The notes under the pieces are model-generated. The model saw only the letters and a list, made by a program, of their open reading frames with translations. It searched no databases and was not told the origin of the DNA. Made by a program: the position numbers and the translations under genes. Positions 52,301 through 64,000 of a DNA stretch of 64,000 nucleotides are shown piece after piece. Numbering within the stretch: position 1 is the first letter of the stretch; every line of letters begins with the position of its first letter. Source of the stretch: Tubiluchus corallicola (Eukaryota; Animalia; Priapulida); contig JAQGDQ010000074.1 of NCBI GenBank assembly GCA_030141605.1, positions 62,001 through 126,000 on the forward strand, read 5' to 3'.

Positions 52301-54512
52301 AGAAACAAACCGAAAAAAAAGAGAAGGAAAAGAAAAGAAGATGAATGTTAACTTTTATCTCTCGTAATCACTGTATTTCCAAAATATAGACCAATATGAT
52401 TTCAAGTCGCAAAGAAACAACACTATTCAACCAGTTACAACAGCTCCCAAGGTGTCGTAAAGTTAGGCGCGCAGCTCAGACAAAATTTTGTTTAATGAAA
52501 CCTGTCCTAACTCGCTAAGTGCACACAAAGTTAGGCACGACTGAAGACTTCTATTTGAATTCTACTTAACTTTCCTAGTCGTGCGGAAGCTAGTTGCAAC
52601 TACGGTGCGACTAAGAAGATAAGATGTCTACATGATTTGGGTACAAATATTTCCGCATGCTTAAAGCCCACTTAAGACAAAGAAACTGTTGTAAATGCAG
52701 CACATAAATCCGGGCCTTGGTCATGACAAGTCTAAGTATAATACTGCAGCATCACATACTTTTGGATCAAAAGAACTTCTGTTTCTGGCAACATTTGAAA
52801 GCGTAATTGAGACTTCAGCGATATCGGTTGCTGAATGAACTTTTCCAGCATACTATAGAGCATGTAATGGTTGGACACATCACCGAACAGTGCTTGAGAT
52901 GAGATACCCGTCTCTTCAAGAATGCCACGCCGCTTCAGTACGTCGACGGCTTCTGTAACTTAAATCTCAATTATTAAGCATGGTATAAACAACAATGTAT
53001 TGATAAATAACATTGTACTAAAACGACACAATTATAGCCTTGCTGGTCATTTTACTTGAAGGGCAGTGCATATCAGCAAGCTTAAAAACATAAAGGTAAT
53101 TATAAAACCTAAGTAAGAGTACTTAAATTCAGCATATTCACATGTCTAATAACAGACAATACACGTGGAGTATGTAATTCAGCCATTTTGGTTCTGTCAC
53201 ATAGTAGCTGAGTCTGATTGATTCTTGAATTATACCAACAACATCAAGCATATGAAATTACGTACGAAGTTATGAACAATATAGACAATGCATGGTCAGT
53301 ACAAAATGTATTTAATCAGAAGCAAAACATAGTTGATTTAGATAATTCACCATACAAAAACATCTGTAGATTAAACCCATCTACTGGCATTGCTGAACGA
53401 GTAAATGAAACAAAGTTCTTAGGCATTATCTTAAATGAACACTTAGTATGGAAAGCACACGAAAATATGACTCGTTCAAAAATTGCAGAAAACACAGGGT
53501 TAATCAGGTGTGTTAAACACTGTCTAACAAAAGAGCATCTTGTTACACTTTACAAATGTTTAGAACTGCCATACGTAACCTACTGTAATGCATTTTGGAA
53601 ACTACCCTACATCGCTACTCAAACTTAGTATTCTGCAATGCAAGTTTATTTATAAGATAGTTAGCTAATTTGAATAAACGTGACTATGCTGGTCTCAATT
53701 TTTTCTTTTTAGTATTAAATGACCTATTAATTTTAGTACAACAACTTACATACATGTACAAAATTAAACACAAACGCCTTCCCACTTTCTTTTTAAACCC
53801 ATTATCTATTAATGTAAGACATTATGCAAAAAGATCTAATGAATTTCTTATTAAGTAGGCCTATTGCAGGACGACGTAGCAAGGCACTTCACTACTAATA
53901 ACAGTCCTAGATTTTGGAATGTTACTGAATATTTGAAAAACTATACATCTATAAATACTTTCAAAAGATTTTTCAAAACTGAAATTTGCTCTAATTACAT
54001 AGCTTAACTCAATTTGGTTATTTTGCTGCACCTGTTGGGATCTATCATATTGTTGGCTATGCCAGTCTTTACATTTAGTATCACTTCATACAGTTACATA
54101 TTTCTTTCTTTTTCTCTTCTTCAACTTTTTTGCTGCTCTATTATTCTTCCTGTTGCCTTTTTCTCAATTTACAATCATATGAGGTAACCTCAACTATTAT
54201 TTACTGCTTGATTATCCCATAGGCCAATTGCAGCTTGGCAGTTTGAGTACATAATAAAAATGCCTTACTAAAAGAATTGTCAACAGTCTTTTTTGACATG
54301 CTATGCTGTAAGGGCTTTTGTAGGTTTATTTAATAAAAACATATTAGGCTTGAGGCCTAACACACTGAAAAAACAACATCTAGGACAAAGAAGACACAGA
54401 ATGACACATGTCAAACTGACTTACCAGAAAATCCGTCTAACCACAAAGAATAGACATCTTTGTCAATAAATATATCGTTTCCTACGTAGACATCTATATC
54501 GTAGTCACCCAT
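43333..54512 (-). CDS. FIBP: Acidic fibroblast growth factor intracellular-binding protein, 10 coding exons, 361 aa
   Basis: Exons (5'->3') 54512-54425, 52958-52760, 51460-51334, 51110-51010, 50829-50696, 49544-49439, 47620-47551, 47287-47201, 45784-45693, 43414-43333; total 1086 nt in frame. Peptides [101 protein letters not shown] match recalled human FIBP throughout. Confidence 0.96.
44778..45645. mobile_element. Old degenerate MITE (AGTGTTGGG...-type ends with gtagtg/cgctac-like subterminal repeats)
   Basis: Left end agtgttggg, right end tccaatatgg; clustered agtggtgctact-like repeats at both ends; no clean TSD. Confidence 0.35.
48464..49155. mobile_element. Degenerate hAT-like MITE in FIBP intron 6
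   Basis: Ends TAGGGATGTACTGAA ... TTTGGTGCAGCCTTA (imperfect inverted pair) with subterminal ttcgg/ccgaa motifs; TSD not recognisable. Confidence 0.5.
49577..50173. mobile_element. Tc1/mariner-pogo (Tigger-like) MITE in FIBP intron 5
   Basis: TA|TAGTGTTCACTCGCTACTTCG ... CGATAAGTGAGAGAACACTG|TA: imperfect ~23 bp TIRs, TA target, subterminal repeats TCGCTGTTTCGCGGGTTTT twice. Confidence 0.85.
51577..52716. mobile_element. PIF/Harbinger-like non-autonomous element(s) in FIBP intron 2
   Basis: TAA-TGGGGACAGTTTCAT at 51574 pairs with ATGAAACCTGTCC-TAA ending at 52510. Many internal CTTAAG motifs. A second similar end ATAAATCCGGGCC at 52704-52716. Confidence 0.5.
52025..52345. repeat. Polypurine (A/G-rich) low-complexity tract
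   Basis: About 320 bp almost entirely A/G on the + strand. Confidence 0.9.
53370..54260 (+). mobile_element. 3' fragment of a CR1/L2/Crack-group LINE, antisense within FIBP intron 1
   Basis: [22 protein letters not shown]...[17 protein letters not shown]...[20 protein letters not shown] is the RT thumb-region signature (KFLG...L.W..H...Y.....PY..YC...W). It degenerates through stops and ends near AATAAAAA at 54252. Confidence 0.85.
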
Positions 54513-54786
54513 TAAACTTGTCTTCTATTTGAAAATAACACTTAACAGCAGTGAGTCTTGAGTAACTTAGGTACCACACTGTCATAACACGCTACTTAAT
54601 ACACTTTCAAGCAGACGGTGTAAACACCTGCATCGTAATTGTACTTTCACCGATTTAGTTATGTTTTGAAATGGCATTAGTGATAGCAAATAACTATCTT
54701 AATAGTATTAATAATACATTAAATAAGAAAAATGAATATTCTGACATGCAAGCTTCCCGGCTGTTGTAGATACGGCAAATGCCGTC

Positions 54787-54800
54787 CTGCCATCTGGAGG
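54787..54800 (-). promoter_or_regulatory. CTCF-like motif upstream of FIBP
   Basis: Minus strand CCTCCAGATGGCAG, close to consensus CCASYAGRKGGCRS; about 280 bp upstream of the ATG. Motif match only. Confidence 0.35.
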
Positions 54801-57539
54801 AGGAATTTTGAACAATTCACTGCAAATTTATTGCACGAATCACTAATTCGCTATGTACATTAATTTTGCTAATTTATCTACAATTATTTATATAAGTAAA
54901 ACAACTATATTTCACACATATATTATTAACATTTATATTTTAATTCTAGTTCTAAAGGGACGTCACCAGCAAAGCACGATATTACGCTGTTCAGTATTAT
55001 GACATTAGGTTCCTGTAAACTTATAGGCTTATAATGTAGTGCAAATTCCGGTATGTTGTTTCAACAATATCGTGCTGCTATACAACCATATAACATAAAT
55101 GTTGCATTTGTGATATTTGCTGAATGCCAGGTTTAGGAGCAGATGCTTGTTAGCTACTGTGTCAAATTCCCAACTGATTTTTGTTATAAATGTTAAAATT
55201 TTATTATTTTTTACTGATTTCCATCTGTCATGGACAGTTGAGTTAAAAACGTAATAAAATTTAGTTCGCCTTTCTATCATTAATGTGTTACTGCTATCTT
55301 TGTAAACTTTTTTTCAATTTTCATTTTTTCAGAGAGCTTTCTTCCTTTTTAGATCGTGTAAACTCATGTTTTTTGGCATTAAAATGAATATATTCATCAT
55401 GGTTGCAGGAGTACAATGGTATCAATTAAGTAATAGATCACAGAATATAGTCTATAAAGTTATCAGGAATCATGTCTAAAATTATTACTATAATAGTGAC
55501 AGTCACCATCGCATTCTTTGCAAACTTATGTAGAAAATTAAACAACTAAGTACAGGAATTATATCGTGGTTAATAATTATTTTTTTTAGAATAATGGTCT
55601 GTAATTATATTTAGTTTGATCCTGGTCAGTCTAATTCATTTTTATCATGGTACTCTGTCCCCTAAGGTCATTAAAACTCGAAAGCAGTCAAAGTGAACGG
55701 AATCAAGAAAGGTACTCGATTCAATCCATCCTAAGCCATTGCAGTTCTTTCAATCCGATTCAAAAAGGTTAATCTTATTCAAAAAATTAAGTTAGCAATT
55801 CAGCAATGAAAGGTTGATATGCCGCAACGTTACTGGATGAATAAATTTTATGCGTCAGCCATATATTTTATATTCTTTTTTTATACTATGATTATGATTT
55901 TTGCCACCACAGGCATGTCCACCTTGCTAGTTTAAATTATCATATTATTGTGTCCAGACTTTAGACATTAGAAGTTCTTGGACATTGATTTTTAGTTTTA
56001 ATATTTTAATTGTAAGTTGCCTCAATTTTCTAGTTTTAAAATTTAAATCACAAGTTGCACGAACTTTCTGGTTTTGTAAAAAGTCAACTTCTTAAAATCA
56101 TTAATCTGCATCTTTTCTGACGACTTGGTCAATTAATAAGCACATTTTGAAGTGATACGATATTTTTTCCTTTTTTCCAAATTTTTAATACTATTAATGT
56201 ATATTTGGCGTATTTTTATACACATTATTGTATTATATTTTCGCATATACGAACTACAGTTTACTTCGTCGCTCCTAGATGGCGCCAAAACCTTATCACG
56301 TAATAACGTATAGAGGATCAGGATGCAGATAACTAATATTTTGTAATTGCTGGTTAAAGACTTATCCACGTTAAATGAAGAATTAATAGTAATAAATGTA
56401 GATCATATCACGCTCAATCAAGTCACTCAACCGAAGCTATATGTCCATCACACTCAATCTGGACGCTTTAACATTATTTAATAACGGTTAAATTTGTTGT
56501 AACCTATTTAAGATAATTAAGATAAAGGATAAAGCAAACTGATTTAGATAATTGAAAATAATCGTCTTGAGATAACTTAGCATTATTTGCTTTCATAACA
56601 CTACCAAAATATATTAAGCAGCACTTAATAGGCCAGCAAAATATGACATCAAGTGTTAATAATCTACAATAATCATTGCATGAGATATAAATTATTTTAA
56701 ACTATGGTAAGTCATTATGTAATCCTTGCTATGTTTCAGTTTAATGGGTTTTTTGTTCTTACAGGAGGAGGTTCACATTTCATAAACTAACATTATTGTT
56801 GATTTTTGACTCAAAATTAGGCCTATTTGCAAATAATTTTAAAATACTTTTTTAGAGTAGTTGTAATAGTTATGGTTATGCTGAAGCACTGATTAGGTAC
56901 GATTCTACTGTGCGATGTTTAACTTTTAATCCATTCCGGGCACTTTAATGTGAAATAAAATAAATAAACAAAAAGATAAATAAATATTCCATAGACAAAA
57001 GCAGCCTGGTTGCGTAATGCAATCTGGGGAGATCATGTGTTTGAGTATTCTATCAGCAGGAACATAAATCCATGACCCTGACAACAACTGAAAATGTTTA
57101 CCCATTGCTAACAAAACAGGAAAAGTTAAAATGCATTTACGTGCCACTTGTAAGCCTGAGATTAATGTAAGGCACCTAAACGTTTAAAGAAGTTAATTAA
57201 ATTCCCACTTGGTGCTTAGGTATAAAAAGCATTTGCTAAAAAGTTTGTTTCATCTATTACTAGGCAAATCTCGTAATTTTAGGTGATTAAAACCAATACT
57301 TATTCGTAAAATCAAACTGCGCACGCGTTGAATAAGCATAAACAACTAAGGCAGCACTGCAAATGAGTTTGTTTATTTTGTGTGGTACCATCAGCTTGCT
57401 CTCAACAGGAGGGAATGTTTTCCACGCTCGCAACGAGTTAACTCTCATGTTTTCAGTAAGCAAAACAACACTGAGCACAGTTTGAATAAATACAGAACAT
57501 TAACGAGAGCACTGTAAAGTAACCTACTTAGAGGACAAG

Positions 57540-58200
57540 AAAAAGGGTACCTGAAGTATGTTTCAGAAAAATCGCCTTAAAAATTTATAATACTTTATAG
57601 CATTTTTATGCATATATGTACTCGCATTGAAAGGAATTTTTGTTTGTCTTCATTTCAAATCTCCCGCAATACTGTTCCGACGTCGCCATTACATGATGTC
57701 ACTTCGCAAACGTAAATCAGAGGGAAAATAGCAATGTTAAATTGTGTCCCAAAAATCCATAATACTTAGCTTTTTGCTTACCTGCTGGAAAGACTTATGT
57801 AACTAGAAAAGAAAATTTTTAATTATTTAAAATGTTCTCACCAATTAATAAAATGTCACTGACTCACCCTCCAGGGTACACCACTCACTAACAAAACGTA
57901 TTTTTAATCTTATTTACAGGATACAGTAATTTAAAATTTTACTCAGTTAGTGACGAATGCTCTGATTATTTTTCAAAGTTTACCCAAAGTTACCTAAACT
58001 TGTTTCAAATGACCTGTCGTCAAAATGGCTGCGTCTAACGGTCATCGCGGGAGTTTAAATTTACATGTTTTATACACACTCGACTGCTGATTGAAGTCCT
58101 GTATGTAAAAAGGCAGCATGTAAGTGACGTAAAGCCTCAAGATGAATTTTTAAGCTTTATGTTTATGAAGGGGTTTCTTGTGCTTTAACATGCCTTTAAA
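57540..58200. mobile_element. Possible old Kolobok-like non-autonomous element
   Basis: Ends aaaagggtac ... catgcctttaa; internal inverted pair ttcaaatctcccgcaat (~57653) and atcgcgggagtttaaa (~58044). Confidence 0.3.
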
Positions 58201-58921
58201 ACTGAGAAGGAAAAATGGCAATGCTTACTACAATTAGTAATCTGTAACGCTTTCTGTAAGATTAAAAAAGTATGTAATGCAAAGCGTAATGAGTTTTTTA
58301 CTGTAAAAACATGAAAAGAGAATTAAGTGTTGAAAAGCAAACCTGGGATGCGCACACATAGCCTCTATAGGGTTACTTTTGCTTATCACATAGTGTGCAT
58401 ATGCTATTTGCACAAAGCAATTCTACCATCAGTTAACAGAAGGAACTTCTGTAATGAAAGCCCGTTTATAGAGGTCAATAGAAAATTTCCTAAATTTTAT
58501 AAGATAAAATTGAATATTGCAAACTAGTTGTACGTTTTAGACCATGTTTTGTTGGTAACTTCGTAACATAGAACAACACTGCAAAGTTTTTTAACTATAC
58601 TATGTAGTCAAACAGATGTCACATTAATATAATAAAAATAATTATGGTGTTATTCTTTCGTTTTTCTTTTCTTTTTCCATTCTCCTCTTCCTTGCATTAT
58701 TATCCGCCCATAATTATATTTCTTGTTAATTCAATTAACCGTTTTTGTTCTTGTCTTCCTTCTTCTTGACTTTTGCCTATTCGTTTGTTTGTTCCTTCGT
58801 TCCTTATCATTTGCTAATTAATCGTTTTCATTGATTTACTGGTTTATCCACTCATTTATTCATTCCTGTCTTCAAGGCTCGTACTGTACACATATAGTAA
58901 GAGCAGTATCAGTAAGACAGC

Positions 58922-59088
58922 GTGAGAGCAACTATAAAAAGACCATTCTCTGAGTCTAAATGCTGGTACAGTTCCATTTCTAGAGAATACCGGTAATTCT
59001 ACGGTTGTCTTCGTGGGGACGTGGTAAGAGCAACTACAAAGTCTTCATTCTCCGAGTCTAAACGCTGACACGGCTCTATTTATAGATG
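58922..59088. repeat. Two diverged direct repeats with ~100 bp period
   Basis: gagagcaactataaaaagaccattctctgagtctaaatgctggtacagttccatttctaga versus aagagcaactacaaagtcttcattctccgagtctaaacgctgacacggctctatttataga. Confidence 0.75.
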
Positions 59089-59196
59089 CACGCTTGATAC
59101 AGAAGCGCATTATCATTTTTTCTTGATCCAAGCTGGTCTGTCTATCTTTGTGTTTGGATTAAGTTGATGTGTATTGCCCAATACGTATTATTGCAC

Positions 59197-59208
59197 TGAG
59201 CATGCGCA
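59197..59208. promoter_or_regulatory. NRF1/EWG-like motif in a putative promoter
   Basis: TGAGCATGCGCA (one mismatch to TGCGCATGCGCA) at the start of a locally CpG-richer stretch, about 240 bp before the ATG at 59450. Confidence 0.35.
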
Positions 59209-59449
59209 GGACGGGCAGTTGCGATGAATGAATCAGCTGCTCTAGTAGCTGCTACGGTATTAGTTGTCACAGAAGCGAAGTATCGCGGTAGCGGTTTTCT
59301 CTTTCTCGTAGAGGCTCACGGCAACTGTAATACAGTAATCTCAATTATTGCTCATATGATTGTTGCGTCAAAGTCGGTGCATAACGCCGGAAATAATTAG
59401 ACTTAGCTATTATTTGTAAAGCATGCAAGTAGTGAATTTCAGCTACAGG

Positions 59450-59804
59450 ATGGATTCGTGGATTAAGACAACTTCAAACTTGATTTTAACATTGAGTTGC
59501 ATTGCATACATCGCTGACGCCAGAAAAGGTGAGAAAATTTTTCGCTTTTAATATTCTTGAAAAGCAGTTGCGCATTTTTCTGTTTTTGTTATAATTATTT
59601 CTTTTGTTGCATATGAAATTAGAATTTTACAAAATATGATAATGAGTACGTACGTCGTTTGTATTTAATAACCTAGACACAAGAATTACGCTTCAATCAA
59701 AAATAGTTAAAAGTGGATAGAAAAAAAGAGAAACTGTTGAATACTGAAATAAGACGTACTGGTATGCCAATTATATTTTTCAACCACAGAATATATTACG
59801 TCAG
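59450..59804 (+). CDS. Partial gene: signal-peptide exon (59450-59528) plus 15-nt microexon (59790-59804) of an unidentified secreted or membrane protein
   Basis: MDSWIKTTSNLILTLSCIAYIADARK-G|gtgaga (79 nt, phase 1, A-D-A cleavage-like motif). Then tatttttcaaccacag|AATATATTACGTCAG|gtaagt, phase 1-1, adding EYITS. Further exons not identified. Confidence 0.55.
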
Positions 59805-62800
59805 GTAAGTCAGTTCTACTCAGATAAATCAGTTTTGCTAAGATCTACTTGTTAGTAATATGAATAAATAATTTACTGATTGCGAGATTTGTGAGCACGC
59901 TGGCATGCATGTGATTCAAAAAGTGCTTAGTTCTTTGATTAAGCTTTTAGCTTGCCATTGTGACTGTACAGCTGCCCAATTTAAGGTGATGGGTTAAGTT
60001 TTGTGACTCATTTCCCGTTCTAACACAATAAATTAAAGATGATTTAGTTGAGTTTGAATAATGAGGATATAACCATAGTTAATGCCCGAAAAGTACGGAC
60101 TGAAATACGTTCCATAATCATTTGCAGGCATTTTTTTTATATATGAACAAGAATGTAATAAAATGAAGATTTTTTTCACCTTGTCTAAGCAATATTGACT
60201 GAGGTCAATGATAAACGTGTCCTTATTGTTTTAACTCAACCAAATCGTCATTAATTCATCGCGTAAGAACTGAAAATGGTCACAGAAACTTAAAGAAAAA
60301 GTATTTAAAGGAAACATACTATTTTTTCCAAAAATGACTTGCGTGATTATTTATTCCCACAGAAACGTAATTTCGGGTTTACGCGGCTGGTTCTCCGCTG
60401 TTACTTGAATTTCACCATTCGCTAGTAGATAGGTACTGACGCATCTTGGAAGTACGTTACACGGAAGACAGATGCTGTGCCCCTCAGTTCAAAGGTGTCA
60501 CAGTGAAATTTGGCACGTAGTGCACACGTTCGAGAGCTCCTACGTTCATACGTGAGGCCGTGAGAACACCAGTAAACTTGCCACTTGAGAATTTTAAACT
60601 TAAAATTTGCCGGATTTTACCATATTGCATCTGAATGTTGTACACAATATACAGTCAGTAGCACTGTTCTTCAATTTTTGCTTTCGCAATAACGTGCAAC
60701 ACGCTTATGTTTGTGTTGTTGAATATTATGTTCAGTTGTGATGTCATCACTAGTTGGGCTTGCCCGCCTTTTAATTATGTTTTTAACCCATCATTTATTT
60801 ATCAGAAACGCTTCTAGGTGCTAAAATGTGTACCTTACCGTGCTTCAAAATGGGGTAAGATATGAAAAATCATCCTGTTTTCCTTAACTCATCAACCATG
60901 TTCCCCTACCACAAACTAGCGATCCTTCGTGACTCCCATTTCCACCCAGTCACACTTGCACTGAGTCAATTTCACAACTTTTTGTATGGTTAACAAGAAC
61001 ATTTCGTAAATTTTCATCTTTCTTAAAAGGACTTCTCTTTGATTATCAGACAGAAAGCATAATAAGTTGCGCGATTACAGTCTCACGCGTGTAACATTTC
61101 CTACATGTGGTTATAAGCACTCAGTTTGAGTCATAGTTAGATGAATAAAAATGTTTGCATTTACGTAATATTAAATGTTACATTTTAGGTAAATTCTATT
61201 TATACTTAATAATAATAACAGTGATAATGATGATGATGATGAAAATGATGATATTTTTATTAATATTAATACATTTTCATTGACGACATATAAAAGAAAA
61301 AATGTCACTCGCTCTGAGTCGCTCATCAGATTCACTGTAGAGTGTGAGTTCCTTTTCTACTGTTTTCTTTTGTGTTGTGTGGCCTTTAGAGAGCAGCTTT
61401 GCATGTTTCTTTTATCTACCAACGTATGGCTGGCAACAGCATTTTAGAAAATCTGGCAGGAGTTAAAGTTCAACCGTTGTGGGAACTTTGAGTATCTCAT
61501 ATCCTTTGGACATGTTGTTTGCATGTGTTGAACACAGTAACGTAAATATGGCCTACATTTGTCCCATGCTTTGTTTCAGTAAAAAGATTTTTGCAGTCTC
61601 GTTTTCTTCTTAAAAAATCACCAAAATAATAATTATTATGTTCGCGTGGATATGAAGTAACGATTCTAATTGATCATTAAAGACATTTGTATAATTTATC
61701 GTGTTAGTTATTAACCCCAGCACCTCCAAGCACCAGCAAGCTTCCTAACCGTTTTTTTGTGAATACATGTCATGGCAATTTGACATTGTTACTTATAGTA
61801 ATCCCAGTTGCATGTATTAGCTATTGTGCGAAAAAGCCGCACTCTTGCAAACAAACAGACTACAAGCCATTCACTAGAATTTTTGAAAATTTCTATTTGA
61901 AAATGCAAATAACCCGAAGGGTATGAGAATGGTTGTTCGAGGAAGCAAATTATAAATTGATTGAGCAAATAAAACGGCGGCATCTAAGCGCAAAATTGTG
62001 AAATTATAACTTACAAGACACTCAAGTGGACACGGAGCGTCCGTTAAATGATGCAAGACTTGCAATCTTGCATTAAAAAGGCAAGAAACCGCGTCGCGCT
62101 ACAATCGTATGCAAGTCACATGTGGTTAAAATTTCTCGTCTTGTAATTTATAGCTTAATGAACGAAGCCTGTTGACGCCTTCCGGTAAATAAACCAAAAA
62201 TACATGTAGCAAGTCATTTATAATGGCATTTTCATATAAATGCTAACATGGAATGCAGGCGTCGTGCATGCAAAGCGATTAATATAACCGAAGAAGGGAA
62301 CAAAACTATTAAACGTTTACGAAAAAAATTGTAATTGAAAAACATCAATACTTTTTGTCGATACTGGAAATACCTTTTTCACACTAAAGATACCACAGTG
62401 AGCCAGACAAGCAATGAGTCAAATTGTCGACTCACCCCGCTAATAGCATAAAGAGAGCCTCTAAAGGATATAAAAGCCATTGATAATGGCATTATCGTGT
62501 CTTTTTTATTTGTTTTATGTTTATGTAACCGTAGGCTGTTGCCTAAATGGCAGCGGATGCAAATGAAATCGTTATTATACAAGATTTTATTCAGGAGACG
62601 GTTGATAGAATTCTATATAGATTTGCATAGGTTAGCCCATGAGTGAAGCTCTCTTGAGGGCAGCGTTAAGACCTGTAGATCAAATGTAAGTATATGATGT
62701 AGAATCCTCACACAAAAGCCACGCTGTGCTTTTTTAACAGGCACTCCATTTCGTTGACACTTTTTCTTTAATCTTAACTTAACTTAATATACGATCAGCA

Positions 62801-63504
62801 TGCATGTTAAGTGCCATAGGAATCTTTAATATATTGCGGTTCTATACACAGCAATATTTAAATACGAATTCGTAATTCGCACAAATTGAAATTGTCGTTT
62901 GCGGATATTTCTATACCAAATTGACATTTTGGTGATCTTTGACAATTTGGTCATATCGCTGGTTTGTTGTAGACACGAATTTCAATTTTTTACGGAATCA
63001 ATGGCCAAAGAGGTTCACTTTTCTATCTTAGTTCAATAATTAGGACTAATTACAGACGCACGTATGGTAATTCGTCCATATCAGGGAAAAAAGATGCGCC
63101 AAAATTAAAAAAACATTGTGTAACAACAATAACAAAAATTTTTGCTGCTTCAGAGATTTTCTTCACACCGCAACTAAAAAGCTGGAATCAAGATCTAACG
63201 CCTATTATACTATTTTTAGCCTTGTCTTTTGCCACAACTGTAGCCTGTTAGCAATTAATGTTAATGACAGCATAAAGATGAATAAAAGCGGCAGACATGG
63301 TCGCGTCCCGGCTTTAAAGATAGACTGATTTTACGATTTTATGCAACATAAAACTAGTTGTAAGCTTGTCAGTAGTCCACGAAGAAATTAGTTAATGAGT
63401 CAAGTCTGATGAATCATTCTCATGAGGAAAAGCTTGTGGAGTTGTACTACCGACAGACTCAGCAGAAAACTGCGATACACGATACGTAAATGCTGTAATG
63501 ACAT

Positions 63505-63536
63505 AATAATAATGATGAAGATGATGAGATCAATAT

Positions 63537-63579
<43 letters not shown>

Positions 63580-63657
63580 CGATGATGATGATGATTATGA
63601 TGATGATGATGATGATAATAATAATGATAAAGATAACGATGATGATGATGATGATAA
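63505..63657. repeat. (GAT)n microsatellite
   Basis: Directly visible; it explains the polyD, polyM and polyH ORFs. Confidence 0.95.
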
Positions 63658-64000
63658 AAAGGAATCAAACTGATCTGCTTTTTGCTATTTTCGCCCGTTT
63701 AAAGTTACTGTTTCTCGCTATTCCACAGTACACGAGTTACGAATCTTTTTGGAAATATATGTATTTCGAATGATGTAATCTAGCAATGATGACGAATTTG
63801 TCGGTTAAAATTTGGCTTCTTCAACTAGGACCATAAAGTGATTTCAAAGGAATCATCTCCACTAGCTAAATTATACACATTACAATCAAGAGAAATTGCA
63901 GCAAGCAATACGATGTCACCAAATTAGGATCATTACTATGTAGCTCATTTGTCCAGAAAGTCCAAAATATCACTTTAGATTGCCAGTGGAAGTTTTGATG

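Noticed and set aside
51970-52308. Hydrophobic F/L/S-rich ORFs on -
   Set aside because: Low-complexity polypyrimidine tract in a FIBP intron.
60806-60817. Possible second 12-nt microexon (AAACGCTTCTAG)
   Set aside because: Acceptor is plausible but the donor GTGCTA is poor.
63376-63485. Possible exon STKKLVNESSLMNHSHEEKLVELYYRQTQQKTAIHDT
   Set aside because: Weak splice sites, phase incompatible with the 59804 donor, and no recognisable homology.
63422-63773. PolyD, polyM and polyH ORFs
   Set aside because: Products of the (GAT)n microsatellite.

Overview
AT-rich, intron-containing animal DNA; most likely an invertebrate bilaterian, but the taxon cannot be fixed from this sequence. No prokaryotic features, rRNA, tRNA or CRISPR were seen. 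Left to right: (1) the 5' part of a BEL/Pao LTR retrotransposon on the minus strand (gag, protease and RT start), with one in-frame stop and one 1-nt frameshift; (2) two tandem, apparently intact 10-exon SLC22-family transporter paralogs on + (548 and 561 aa when spliced by hand); (3) a 3-coding-exon insulin/IGF-superfamily gene on + (213 aa) with insulin-like dibasic cleavage sites around the C-peptide and an IGF-like long C-terminal extension; (4) a complete 10-exon FIBP ortholog on -, convergent with the insulin-like gene; (5) the probable 5' end of another + strand gene (signal-peptide exon plus a 15-nt microexon). MITEs, LINE remnants, Helentron-like repeats and microsatellites are interspersed. 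All gene models were spliced manually from GT-AG sites, frame continuity and recalled family motifs; no database searches were run.
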